Source: Verrucomicrobiia bacterium
GTDB lineage: Bacteria; Verrucomicrobiota; Verrucomicrobiia; Palsa-1439
Direction: 5' to 3'
NCBI GenBank assembly: GCA_035515475.1
Contig: DATJBF010000070.1
Location: 3,228 to 67,227 of the forward strand
Length of the DNA: 64,000 bases
Positions 50,210-59,617 of this stretch are shown in pieces. The first letter of the stretch is position 1, and each line of letters starts with the position of its first letter. Below the pieces are notes generated by a model. It saw only the letters and a list, made by a program, of their open reading frames with translations. It searched no databases and was not told the DNA's origin. The translations under genes and the position numbers were made by a program.

Positions 50210-50749
50210 ATGAAGAGTCTGGCAAGATTTTCTCTGTCGTTGGTCGAGGTGGCCTGTGCCGCGTTGTTGCTCAACGGCTGCGCGACGGGGCCGAAGCGAC
50301 TCCAGCCTGTCAATGAGGAACAAAAGAGCGAATTCCTCAAGGGTATGGAGGTGGTGGAGAAGCCCGAGTTGGAGCCTGAGTGGGCCGACTTCGTGAAGGA
50401 GCACTATCCGAACTGGCGGCGGCACTACTGGGTAGATCGCGGTCAGTGGGGCAACCGTGGGTACATCGTTGGTCGTCCGTCCGCCGAGGCCGAGCCGGTC
50501 GTCGAAGCACAGATCACGCCGCTGCCACCAGCCGCGCCGGCGATCGTCGAATCCGAACCGCCCAAAGTCGAGACGCCCGAGAAACCGACCAGGTACGTGG
50601 TTAAGAGAGGCGATTCGCTGTGGAGGATTGCGGGAAAGGTCTACCACAATCCACTGAAATGGCCCCGGATCTATCGCGCCAACAAAGACAAGATCACAAA
50701 TCCGAACAAGATTTACCCCAATCAGGTTCTGGTTATACCGCAGGATTAG
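50210..50749 (+). CDS. LysM peptidoglycan-binding lipoprotein
   Basis: Lipobox LNGC; LysM 'YVVKRGDSLWRIA...Y....W..IY.AN...I.NP..IYP.Q.L.IP'. Confidence 0.9.
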   Translation: MKSLARFSLSLVEVACAALLLNGCATGPKRLQPVNEEQKSEFLKGMEVVEKPELEPEWADFVKEHYPNWRRHYWVDRGQWGNRGYIVGRPSAEAEPVVEAQITPLPPAAPAIVESEPPKVETPEKPTRYVVKRGDSLWRIAGKVYHNPLKWPRIYRANKDKITNPNKIYPNQVLVIPQD

Positions 50750-50833
50750 GGCGGCGTAGGGGGCTGGGATTGCCAAGGGCGGGCATATGCAGTATGTTTC
50801 TTTCGCGTGAGCGAAGGACTCTCTAGCTAATCC

Positions 50834-51844
50834 ATGGCGAGCGAGACACTGCATTTCGACAACGCGCGCCAAGCGCAAGCCCTGTACGCCAGCGAGGCCA
50901 AAAACCTTCGCCTCATCGAAGACCTGCTGAATCTTAAGGTCACCGCTCGCGACGGCTGGATCAGCATGGAGGGGGCGCCCGGCGACATTGAGCGGGCCAA
51001 ATCGCTGTTTCATGAGCTTCAGCAGGCCCTCTCTCGCGGCACAACCATTCGCCGGCAAGAGTTCAGCCGCGCCGTTAGCGCCGTCTCACGCGGTGAGCCG
51101 TTGCGGATGCAGGAACTTCATGAGGGACGCGTTGATGTTTCCACGCGCAAGCGGCCCATTGTTCCGAAAACGCAGGGGCAGAAACGCTACCTCGAAGCGA
51201 TCCGTCAACACGACATCGTCATCGGAATCGGTCCGGCGGGAACGGGCAAGACGTATCTGGCCATGGCCATGGCAGTCAACGCCTTGCGCAGCGACCGGGT
51301 CGGGCGCATCATTCTATGCCGGCCCGCAGTCGAGGCGGGTGAGGCCCTCGGGTTCCTGCCCGGCACGCTCGAGGAGAAAGTCAGTCCGTACCTCCGGCCG
51401 CTCTATGACGCGCTCTACGATATGATGGATCCCGACGAAATCCAGCGCAACATGGAGCGCGGGGTTATCGAGATCGCGCCACTGGCCTACATGCGTGGCC
51501 GCACGCTCAACAACGCGTTCGTCATTCTCGACGAAGCACAGAACGCCACCAGCGAGCAAATGCTGATGTTCCTGACGCGCATGGGATTTGATTCGAAGGT
51601 CGTCATCACGGGTGACATCACGCAGGTGGATCTGCCCGGCCACAAAACCTCGGGTTTGATCGAAGTGCAAGGCATTCTCAAGGAGATTCCGGGCTTGGAG
51701 ATCATTTACTTTAACGAGCACGACGTCGTCCGCCACGAGCTTGTCCAAAAAATCATCACTGCGTACGCAAAATTCAAAGAGGAGCGCGAACGCCGCCGCC
51801 AGGAAGCCGCCGCCAACGGGAACGGCAAGCCACCCGCCGCATGA
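50834..51844 (+). CDS. phoH: PhoH family ATPase
   Basis: 'GPAGTGKTYLA', 'RPAVEAGE.LGFLPG', 'LAYMRGRTL', 'DEAQN', 'GD.TQ.DLP'. Confidence 0.95.
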   Translation: MASETLHFDNARQAQALYASEAKNLRLIEDLLNLKVTARDGWISMEGAPGDIERAKSLFHELQQALSRGTTIRRQEFSRAVSAVSRGEPLRMQELHEGRVDVSTRKRPIVPKTQGQKRYLEAIRQHDIVIGIGPAGTGKTYLAMAMAVNALRSDRVGRIILCRPAVEAGEALGFLPGTLEEKVSPYLRPLYDALYDMMDPDEIQRNMERGVIEIAPLAYMRGRTLNNAFVILDEAQNATSEQMLMFLTRMGFDSKVVITGDITQVDLPGHKTSGLIEVQGILKEIPGLEIIYFNEHDVVRHELVQKIITAYAKFKEERERRRQEAAANGNGKPPAA

Positions 51845-52290
51845 CCGTCGAGGTTCGCAACCGCCGGTCCCGGAAACTAGCAGGTTTCCGGGTTGATACG
51901 CGTCTCCTCCAGGCGCTGGCCACCCAGGCTCTCGAACTTGCCGGCGCTTCTCCGAATTACAGCCTCAGCATCGTGTTGGCGGATGACCCGCAGATCGCCA
52001 CTCTCAACGCTCGGTTCCATCACACTCAAGGCCCAACCGACATTCTGAGTTTCGACTACGGCGATGGTCAAGGTGAGCTGATCATCTCCTTAGACCGTGT
52101 CCGAGCCCAAGCCCGCCGCTTTCGCACGACGCCCGCACGCGAGCTGGCTCTCTATGTCAGCCATGGTGTCCTGCATCTCCACGGTTACGACGACGGCACA
52201 GTGCGCGCCCGTCGCCGCATGCGTGCTGCGGAATGCCGGATCATGAGGTCTTTGGCCTCCGGTATGCTGATACAAAACCTTGTACCCTAG
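51841..52290 (+). CDS. ybeY: rRNA maturation endoribonuclease YbeY
   Basis: 'PTDILSF', 'HG.LHL.GYD'; phoH-ybeY synteny. Confidence 0.9.
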   Translation: MTVEVRNRRSRKLAGFRVDTRLLQALATQALELAGASPNYSLSIVLADDPQIATLNARFHHTQGPTDILSFDYGDGQGELIISLDRVRAQARRFRTTPARELALYVSHGVLHLHGYDDGTVRARRRMRAAECRIMRSLASGMLIQNLVP

Positions 52291-52392
52291 TGCGTTGCGA
52301 ATGCAGTTGTGCCACGCACCTGGCCATTATTAGCTTGACCTTTTTTGGGTAGTGCGGTCCAATCCCTGCTTTAGCCGGAACATTCACGTTCG

Positions 52393-54447
52393 ATGTTCAA
52401 GATGAGAAGAGCGATAGCGTGTTCGATTATTGGTTTGTTTGGTCTCTCCGGCCTGACTCCCGCCCCTGCCCAACAAGTCAAGGTGATGCAGTACAACATC
52501 GAGGGCAACCTCGGCAGTCTGTCCGGCAACAGTAGCGCAAGCGCCAAGGCGATCGCTCGGATTGTGAATTACAATCAGCCGGATATCATCACGTTTAACG
52601 AATTGGCCCAGCAATCTCCCATCGCGAATACGGCAGCCGGGATGATCGATTGGGTAACCAATAACCTGACCTACTTCGGGAACAAGACCGGGGTAACCTT
52701 CTGGGTGGATATCGCCACCAACGGGGATGGAAGCGAGATCAACGGGTCCATCAGCCGTTACCCGATCTCCAACGCCAAGACCTACAGCGACGCCGGGGGC
52801 GGGTACGCCAATCTGCGCGGGATGGAGTCGTTTAAGGTCCAACTCAGCGGGACGAATGCACTGCAGATTTTCCACGTTCACCTCAAAGCCAGCAGCACCA
52901 CAACTTCTTGTCCCAGGAAACAGGCCGAGGCCGCGACCGATGCCACCAACATGGTCAATTGGGCTAGCACCAACGTGTTTCCTTACGTCTTCACCGGCGA
53001 CTGCAACGAGTCGGAGGATCCGCGTGACACGAGCGAATGTACGATTACGAGCACCTATCACCCGATTACCACCCTCAAGCAGGTCGGCCATTTGGTTGAG
53101 TACGAACCGACCACGCTCAGTGGCGATTGGGATACATGGAGCACGGGTGATCCCTCTCCCTACTCGAATATTCGCTTCGACCACGTCCTTCCGTCGACCA
53201 ACCGCATCAGCACGACCTATAGCGCCACGGCCGCATGCATCGTGACCGGTTATGTATTCAGCACCATGGACTGGGCGGCGCACGGTCTGTACACCAACGC
53301 CAGTTCGCAGAATCTCGTCAATGACAGCCAGACGGCCTCCGACCACTATTGCGTCCAAGTGACTTATTGGTTTCCGACCAGTCTGACCAATTTCAATGTG
53401 ACTCCGGCCACAACCTTCGCCAGCAGCGGGAATGTGGGAGGCCCATTCAGCCCGTCCAGTCAGCTCTACACCGTGACCAACAGCGACACCATTCCATTGT
53501 TTTGGAGTGTGACGAAGACTTCGAATTGGTTGACGGTCTCGCCGGTGGCGACGAACTTGGATATCGGCGCTCGCATTGCCACCAACGTCACCGCATCGAT
53601 CAACCCCGCGGCCAACTCGCTGTCCGCTGGCGTGTATGTCGACACGATTAACTTCAGCAACACCGTTACGGGCGTCACCTTCACCCGCAGCGTTACTCTC
53701 ACAGTGGGCTCAATCTCTCCCGCAGCGCTCTCGGTCGTGCCTGCAGCCGGTGTCAACCTCTCCGGAGAACAAGGTGGACCGTTCGCGCCGGGATCGCGGG
53801 TGTATTCGCTCACCAACACCGGCGGCAGCGCCTTGAGTTGGACGGCCGGCGTCAGCAATAACTGGCTCGGCGTTTCGGCGGCCGGCGGCTCGCTCGGTGC
53901 CGGTACCAGCACGAATGTCACGGTCAGCACGAACGCGAACATCAACGCATTGGTCGGGGGCCTGTACTCGAACCGCGTCAGCTTTGTCAACGCAACCAAC
54001 GGGAACGGCACGACGAACTTCGTGTGGACGCTGCTGGTGCGCGACGGCATCAGCGACGATTGGCGGCAGCAATACTTTGGACACATCGAACCCGAGGCGT
54101 CCGACCAAAGCCGGGCGCAGGACGATCCGGACGGAGACGGCTGCGACAACCTATGCGAGTTCCAAGCCGGCACAGATCCGACCGACGCCGCTTCGTACTT
54201 CCATATCACTGCGGTCACTGCGCAGGGCAACAATGCCTTGCTGACCTGGGCCGCCGGACTAGGGCGGACTAACGTGGTACAAGCCAGCGCTGGCTTGCCG
54301 AGCGGTTCGTATTCGACCAACTTCAGCGACGTGAGCCCGTGGATCATTCTCCCGGCCGGCAGCGGACCCACCACGACCAACTACCTGCACGCCGGAGCAA
54401 TGACGAATTCTCCCGCTCTTTACTACCGCATCCGACTGCAACAGTAG
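52393..54447 (+). CDS. Secreted EEP (endonuclease/exonuclease/phosphatase) protein with 2 BACON-like domains and DxDGDG/YYRI C-terminal domain
   Basis: Signal peptide; EEP motifs 'QYNI', 'FNE', 'HLK', 'GDCNE', 'FDH', 'SDH'; repeats 'G..GGPF.P.S..Y..TN....L.W'. Confidence 0.8.
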   Translation: MFKMRRAIACSIIGLFGLSGLTPAPAQQVKVMQYNIEGNLGSLSGNSSASAKAIARIVNYNQPDIITFNELAQQSPIANTAAGMIDWVTNNLTYFGNKTGVTFWVDIATNGDGSEINGSISRYPISNAKTYSDAGGGYANLRGMESFKVQLSGTNALQIFHVHLKASSTTTSCPRKQAEAATDATNMVNWASTNVFPYVFTGDCNESEDPRDTSECTITSTYHPITTLKQVGHLVEYEPTTLSGDWDTWSTGDPSPYSNIRFDHVLPSTNRISTTYSATAACIVTGYVFSTMDWAAHGLYTNASSQNLVNDSQTASDHYCVQVTYWFPTSLTNFNVTPATTFASSGNVGGPFSPSSQLYTVTNSDTIPLFWSVTKTSNWLTVSPVATNLDIGARIATNVTASINPAANSLSAGVYVDTINFSNTVTGVTFTRSVTLTVGSISPAALSVVPAAGVNLSGEQGGPFAPGSRVYSLTNTGGSALSWTAGVSNNWLGVSAAGGSLGAGTSTNVTVSTNANINALVGGLYSNRVSFVNATNGNGTTNFVWTLLVRDGISDDWRQQYFGHIEPEASDQSRAQDDPDGDGCDNLCEFQAGTDPTDAASYFHITAVTAQGNNALLTWAAGLGRTNVVQASAGLPSGSYSTNFSDVSPWIILPAGSGPTTTNYLHAGAMTNSPALYYRIRLQQ

Positions 54448-54562
54448 CGGCGTGCCCGTTGACGACACGGCGATGCCCGTTTACCATGACGCTTTCGTGG
54501 ACGAGGCGCGGTAGGATCTGTGGAATATCTACCTTCGACTCCTCGCCAGGACTGAGCCAATT

Positions 54563-56599
54563 GTGAACGCGCGAACGGTGTGCCAGGAGCCGCTTCCTCG
54601 GTCGCGACCATGGATTATCATCCTTGCCGGCGCCGTGATTGTCGGCGCAGCGCTCGTGTCGTACAAGAATTCCTACCGCGTGCCCTTCCTGTTCGACGAC
54701 GTCGAGTCAATTGTGGAAAATCCCACGATCCGTCATTTGTGGCCCATCGGGCCGGTCTTGTCGCCACCCCGAACCAGGGGATTCACCGTTGCGGGCCGGC
54801 CATTGGTGAATGTTTCGCTGGCTGTCAACTACGCGTTGGGCGGCACCGCGGGTTGGGGATATCACGTAGTCAATCTGACGATCCATATCCTCGCGGGTCT
54901 GACGCTGTTTGGAATCGTGAGGCGGACGTTGCACTGCCCGGTGTTGCGCGGACGATTTGCTGGTTCAGCCACCACATTGGCTTTGGCGACCGCAATCTTG
55001 TGGATGCTTCACCCGCTCCAAACCGAGGCGGTCACCTATGTTGTGCAACGGACGGAATCCCTGATGGGGTTGTTTTACCTGTTGACACTGTATTGTTTCC
55101 TTCGCGCGACGGAGTCCCCAAGTCCGCGACTCTGGTTGGCGTGTTCCGTAGTGGCGTGCGCGCTGGGCATGGCGACCAAGGAAGTGGCCGTAACCGCTCC
55201 TCTAATGGTCCTGTTGTATGACCGGACGTTTGTTGGCGGAGAATTTGCCGAGGCATGGAGACGGCGTCGGCGATTCTACGCTTGGCTGGGTTGCACCTGG
55301 TTGATTGTAGGCTGGTTGGCGTTGCGGACAAGCGGCCGGGGTGGCACGGCCGGCTTCGGCACTGAAATCCTTTGGTGGCAATACGCACTGACCCAGTGCT
55401 GGGCGATTAGCCGGTACCTTTGGCTATCGGTTTGGCCGCGGGGATTGGTTTTCGACTACGGGATTCTTTTGTACCGACACGCGGCCGAAGTCATGCCGCA
55501 GATCCTGCTGCTGGCCGGCCTGTTGACCGCCACCGCGGTCGCACTCGTATACCGTCCGCGCCTTGGGTTCTTGGGCGCTTGGTTCTTCGTGATTCTGGCG
55601 CCCAGTTCGAGCTTCTTCCCAGTGGCATCGCAAACGATCGCAGAACACCGCCTGTACCTGCCCCTGGCCGGCGTGGTCACGCTGGTCGTCATGGGCATCC
55701 ACAAACTGCTGGGAAAATCCAGCATGGCGGTTTACGTCGCGCTCGCGGCAGCACTCGGGTTGCTGACGCTGCAGCGCAATCACGACTACCGGAGCAAATG
55801 GGCCATCTGGACCGACACGGTGACCAAATGCCCGAACAACGCGCGCGCCCAGAACAACCTGTGCGACGTTCTGACTACCTTGGGCCGCCCGACCGAAGCC
55901 GTCGCGCATTGCGAACAAGCTTTGCGGAGCGAGCCCGATTACGCCGAGGCGTACAACAATTTGGGCGTCGCCTTTGAGCAAATGGGCAAGCCACAAGAGG
56001 CAGCCAAATATTACGCGCAGGCGCTCCAACTCAAATCGGATTATCCTGAGGCGCACTACAATCTTGGTGTGGCACTGATTGAACTGGGAGATTTGAAAGA
56101 GGCGGTCGGACATTTCCGTCAGGCGCTGCGGCCCAAGCCTGAGGACGTCGATACGCACTACAATCTGGGTGTGGCTCTGCTCGGACTGGGACGGGCTTCG
56201 GAAGCCGCTACCCATTTTGAGAAGGTATTGTTGCAAAAGCCCCATGACGCCGATGCGCACTACAGCCTGGCACTCGCACTTGTCCAACAGAGAAAACTCG
56301 TCGAGGCGACGGAACATTTCGAGCAGACGCTGGAGATCAGACCCGATTTCGCCGATGCCCACAATAATCTGGGGGTGGCACTGCTTCGACAGGGCAAACC
56401 GGCCGAAGCGATTGGACATTTCGAACAAGCCATCCACCTCAGCCCGAATAACGCAGAGGCATACAATAACCTCGGGGCGGCCTTGGAGAAGACAGGCAGG
56501 ATTCGCGAGGCCATTCAATCCTACGAGCAAGCGTTACGGGTCAAGCCCGATGATGCCGCCGCCCAAAGCAATCTGGCTCGGGCCCGGGCTGCTCGGTAA
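54563..56599 (+). CDS. TMTC-like protein: GT-C membrane domain plus C-terminal TPR array
   Basis: First-loop 'FLFDDVESIVENP', 'HPLQTEAV', 'KE.A', 'EHRLYLP', about 8 TPRs ('A.NNLG.A'). Confidence 0.82.
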   Translation: MNARTVCQEPLPRSRPWIIILAGAVIVGAALVSYKNSYRVPFLFDDVESIVENPTIRHLWPIGPVLSPPRTRGFTVAGRPLVNVSLAVNYALGGTAGWGYHVVNLTIHILAGLTLFGIVRRTLHCPVLRGRFAGSATTLALATAILWMLHPLQTEAVTYVVQRTESLMGLFYLLTLYCFLRATESPSPRLWLACSVVACALGMATKEVAVTAPLMVLLYDRTFVGGEFAEAWRRRRRFYAWLGCTWLIVGWLALRTSGRGGTAGFGTEILWWQYALTQCWAISRYLWLSVWPRGLVFDYGILLYRHAAEVMPQILLLAGLLTATAVALVYRPRLGFLGAWFFVILAPSSSFFPVASQTIAEHRLYLPLAGVVTLVVMGIHKLLGKSSMAVYVALAAALGLLTLQRNHDYRSKWAIWTDTVTKCPNNARAQNNLCDVLTTLGRPTEAVAHCEQALRSEPDYAEAYNNLGVAFEQMGKPQEAAKYYAQALQLKSDYPEAHYNLGVALIELGDLKEAVGHFRQALRPKPEDVDTHYNLGVALLGLGRASEAATHFEKVLLQKPHDADAHYSLALALVQQRKLVEATEHFEQTLEIRPDFADAHNNLGVALLRQGKPAEAIGHFEQAIHLSPNNAEAYNNLGAALEKTGRIREAIQSYEQALRVKPDDAAAQSNLARARAAR

Positions 56600-56775
56600 C
56601 TGACCGGGCTTGCGGCATGGAACCACGACGTGGATGCGGTCGCAGTTCTTGCCAACCCAGACTCGTGAATGATTGCTGCGGACAGCGGCGAGCCGCTGCC
56701 TGCACCGCGCCGCATTTGGGCTGCGAGGCAACATTCCAATTGACTTTCATGGGGCATTGCTGTTAAGTAAAAGCG

Positions 56776-59409
56776 GTGCAGCTAACGTTCGTGTGCAATT
56801 CTTCGATGCGCGGGGCCGCGACCTATTTGTTTATCGCTTTCCTCGGTCTTTCCGGGGTGCCCACCGTCCGTGCGCAGCAGATACGAGTCATGCAGTGGAA
56901 CGTGCATGGCACGATCGGGGACATCGCGAGCAACACCACGGACGCAGCCAAGGCGCTCGCCCGCATCGTCAATTACAATCAGCCTGACATCTTGCTGTTC
57001 AACGAGTTGAACGACTCGGACCGGCCGCATGTCACGGCAGCCGTGATTGACTGGGTCACCAACAACGTCTCGTATCTCGGCTCGGTGCCCAGTTCGATCT
57101 TGGGCGCGCCGTCGAACGCGACGTTTTGGGTGGCGATGTCGTCGCGGACGGATGGTTACGAGCGCGACGGCATAGTCAGCCGATATCCGGTATCCAATGA
57201 GGCCGCCTACAACATCGGCCCGCGCGGACTGCACACGCTCCGCGTTCAGCTCGACGGCACGAACGTATTGCAGGTTTTCCAAGCGCATCTCAGGTGCTGC
57301 GCTGATGGGTGCCCCGACAGCTCTTCATGCGACTGCACCAACCGCCAAATCGAAGCCATGGAAGACGCGGGCTCGATCAGTTCATTGATGTCCAGCAGCT
57401 CGCTGCCCTACATATTTGGCGGCGACTGGAACGAGGATGAAGTCACCGGGGATTCGCACGAGTGCACGATCACCAGCTATTATGATCCAATCACGACGAT
57501 AAAAGAGGTGGGCCACCTTGTGGAGTTCATGCCAACCACTCTCAGTGGCAACTGGAGAACCTGGAGTACGGCAGGCACTTCGCCATCCATCCGATTTGAT
57601 TATATTTTTGCGGCGACCAACCGTCTCACGCCGGCCTCGGGATACGTGTTCAGTTCGAAGGACTGGGCCAGCCACGGCTTGTACACGAACGTCAGCCCCC
57701 AAAACCTCGTTGGTGACAGCGGTGCGGCCTCCGACCATTACTGCGTGTTTGTCGATTACGTGTTCCCGACGACCAATGCCGCCCTGTCGGTTTCGCCCGG
57801 CAACGGCTTGTTGAGCAGTGGTGTCGCCGGCGGACCCTTCAGCCCGTCCAACCAGCTTTACACCCTGAGCAACGTCGGCGGTTCGGCGTTGAGTTGGACA
57901 GCCAGCAAGGGGGTGAGTTGGCTGGACCTCTCCGCCACCAGCGGATCACTGGATCCCGGCTCGAACACGACGGTCTTGGTGTCGTTGAACGGGAATGCCA
58001 CCAATCTGGCTGAGGGGAGCTATTCCGACACGGTTTCGTTCAGCAACACAACCAGCGGCGTTGGCAACTCGACCCGCTCGGTCAACCTGACGGTCAATTC
58101 CAGCAACTTTGGATTCTTTGACGATTTCGCCATGTTTGCCCCGACCAATCTGGTCGGGCAAAGCAACTGGGTGCAGGTGAGCATCGCGTCCAGTTTACCG
58201 CTAAAGATTACGAATGGACAGGTGGGGATCCCAGCCAAACAAGCGCCGTTCAACAATCAGGACGCGTACAAGAACTTTGACCAGACTTCGGGCACCACGT
58301 ATTACGGTTTGAACCTGACCGTCACGAATGCGCCGTCCATCGGCGTCGGGACAAACATCACGTATTTTGTCGGGATGTACACTGCCACCAACGCCGCCGG
58401 GTCTGACGTTTACCGCATGGCCGCTGCGGATATGAGCGGCGGCAAATACTCGCTGGGTTTTCGGATCACGGGCAACACCCCGTACTCGTGGGGCACGCAG
58501 ACGCTCGACTACAACACTCCGGTCAAGGTGATTGCCGCGGCGCCCGCAGGCGGCACGGTCGCCTATGTCTATGTCAATCCAACCAGCAGCGATGAGGGAT
58601 CGCAAACGGGTTATCTGACCAACAACGTGAGCGGATCGCCTCCGTCGTCCGTGGGTTCGTTTGTGATCTCACAGAACGCCAGCAGCGCCACCACGAACGA
58701 CGGTCTGACCATCGCCAAGGCCTGCGTGGGGAACAACTTCGCCTCCGTGTACAATTTCCTCAATCCACCGCCGCCGGTGGCCAATTTCAGCGCCACTCCG
58801 ACTGATGGCACCGAACCGTTGATGGTGACGTTTACCGACACGTCAACGGGTTCCATCACCAATCGGTTCTGGAATTTCGGTGACACCGGCACGACCAACG
58901 TCACGACCAATAGCGTGGTGCACACCTACTCCGCGGGCACGTACGACGTCACCCTTATCGTGAGTGGATCGGGCGGCTCGGATACCGACAGCCAGCCGGG
59001 TTATATCGTTGCTCTGACGGAGTTTGAGGCCTGGCAAATCCATTATTTCACCGACGTCAACAACCCGCTGGCGGCGCCGGACGCCGATCCGGATGGCGAC
59101 GGCATGAACAACTCGCAGGAATTCCAAGCCGGTACCGACCCCACCAATGCCGCCTCGTATTTCCATATCACTTCGGTAACGGTGCAGGGCAACAGCTTGG
59201 TCTTGGCGTGGGCGACGGGGTTGGGGAGGACCAACATCGTACAAGCGAGTGCCGGCCTGCCCGGCGGCTCGTATTCGACTAACTTTACCAACGTCAGCTC
59301 GCCGATCATTCTTCCACCGGGCAGCGGAGCCACGGCGACCAACTTCTCCGATTTCGGAGCCGCGACCAATTCGCCCGCTCGATACTACCGGATTCGTCTC
59401 CAACCTTAG
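56776..59409 (+). CDS. Secreted EEP protein with BACON-like, beta-rich and PKD domains and the same C-terminal domain
   Basis: 'QWNV', 'FNE', 'HLR', 'GDWNE', 'FDY', 'SDH'; PKD 'VTFTDTS.G......WNFGD....HTY..G.Y.V.L'; alternative start 56806. Confidence 0.8.
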   Translation: MQLTFVCNSSMRGAATYLFIAFLGLSGVPTVRAQQIRVMQWNVHGTIGDIASNTTDAAKALARIVNYNQPDILLFNELNDSDRPHVTAAVIDWVTNNVSYLGSVPSSILGAPSNATFWVAMSSRTDGYERDGIVSRYPVSNEAAYNIGPRGLHTLRVQLDGTNVLQVFQAHLRCCADGCPDSSSCDCTNRQIEAMEDAGSISSLMSSSSLPYIFGGDWNEDEVTGDSHECTITSYYDPITTIKEVGHLVEFMPTTLSGNWRTWSTAGTSPSIRFDYIFAATNRLTPASGYVFSSKDWASHGLYTNVSPQNLVGDSGAASDHYCVFVDYVFPTTNAALSVSPGNGLLSSGVAGGPFSPSNQLYTLSNVGGSALSWTASKGVSWLDLSATSGSLDPGSNTTVLVSLNGNATNLAEGSYSDTVSFSNTTSGVGNSTRSVNLTVNSSNFGFFDDFAMFAPTNLVGQSNWVQVSIASSLPLKITNGQVGIPAKQAPFNNQDAYKNFDQTSGTTYYGLNLTVTNAPSIGVGTNITYFVGMYTATNAAGSDVYRMAAADMSGGKYSLGFRITGNTPYSWGTQTLDYNTPVKVIAAAPAGGTVAYVYVNPTSSDEGSQTGYLTNNVSGSPPSSVGSFVISQNASSATTNDGLTIAKACVGNNFASVYNFLNPPPPVANFSATPTDGTEPLMVTFTDTSTGSITNRFWNFGDTGTTNVTTNSVVHTYSAGTYDVTLIVSGSGGSDTDSQPGYIVALTEFEAWQIHYFTDVNNPLAAPDADPDGDGMNNSQEFQAGTDPTNAASYFHITSVTVQGNSLVLAWATGLGRTNIVQASAGLPGGSYSTNFTNVSSPIILPPGSGATATNFSDFGAATNSPARYYRIRLQP

Positions 59410-59415
59410 AGCCGG

Positions 59416-59522
59416 TAATCCGTCGGCTTCAGAACTGTAGCGGCGACCTGTGACCGCCGGCTCTGCAACCAGCTGCCTCCCGCGGCGCTCATACTTGACT
59501 CCCGGAGTGGGCCGACGGATTA
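59416..59522. repeat. 107-bp REP/MITE-like element with 12-bp perfect terminal inverted repeats
   Basis: TAATCCGTCGGC (59416-59427) ... GCCGACGGATTA (59511-59522). Confidence 0.6.
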
Positions 59523-59617
59523 GGGCGGCCCCGCGCCGCTCCAGCAAGGTGATACACCATCTCCCCAGGCCGTGCGCGTTTGACAGCCCGGTCATGGGCG
59601 GCTACGATGGCGTGCGC

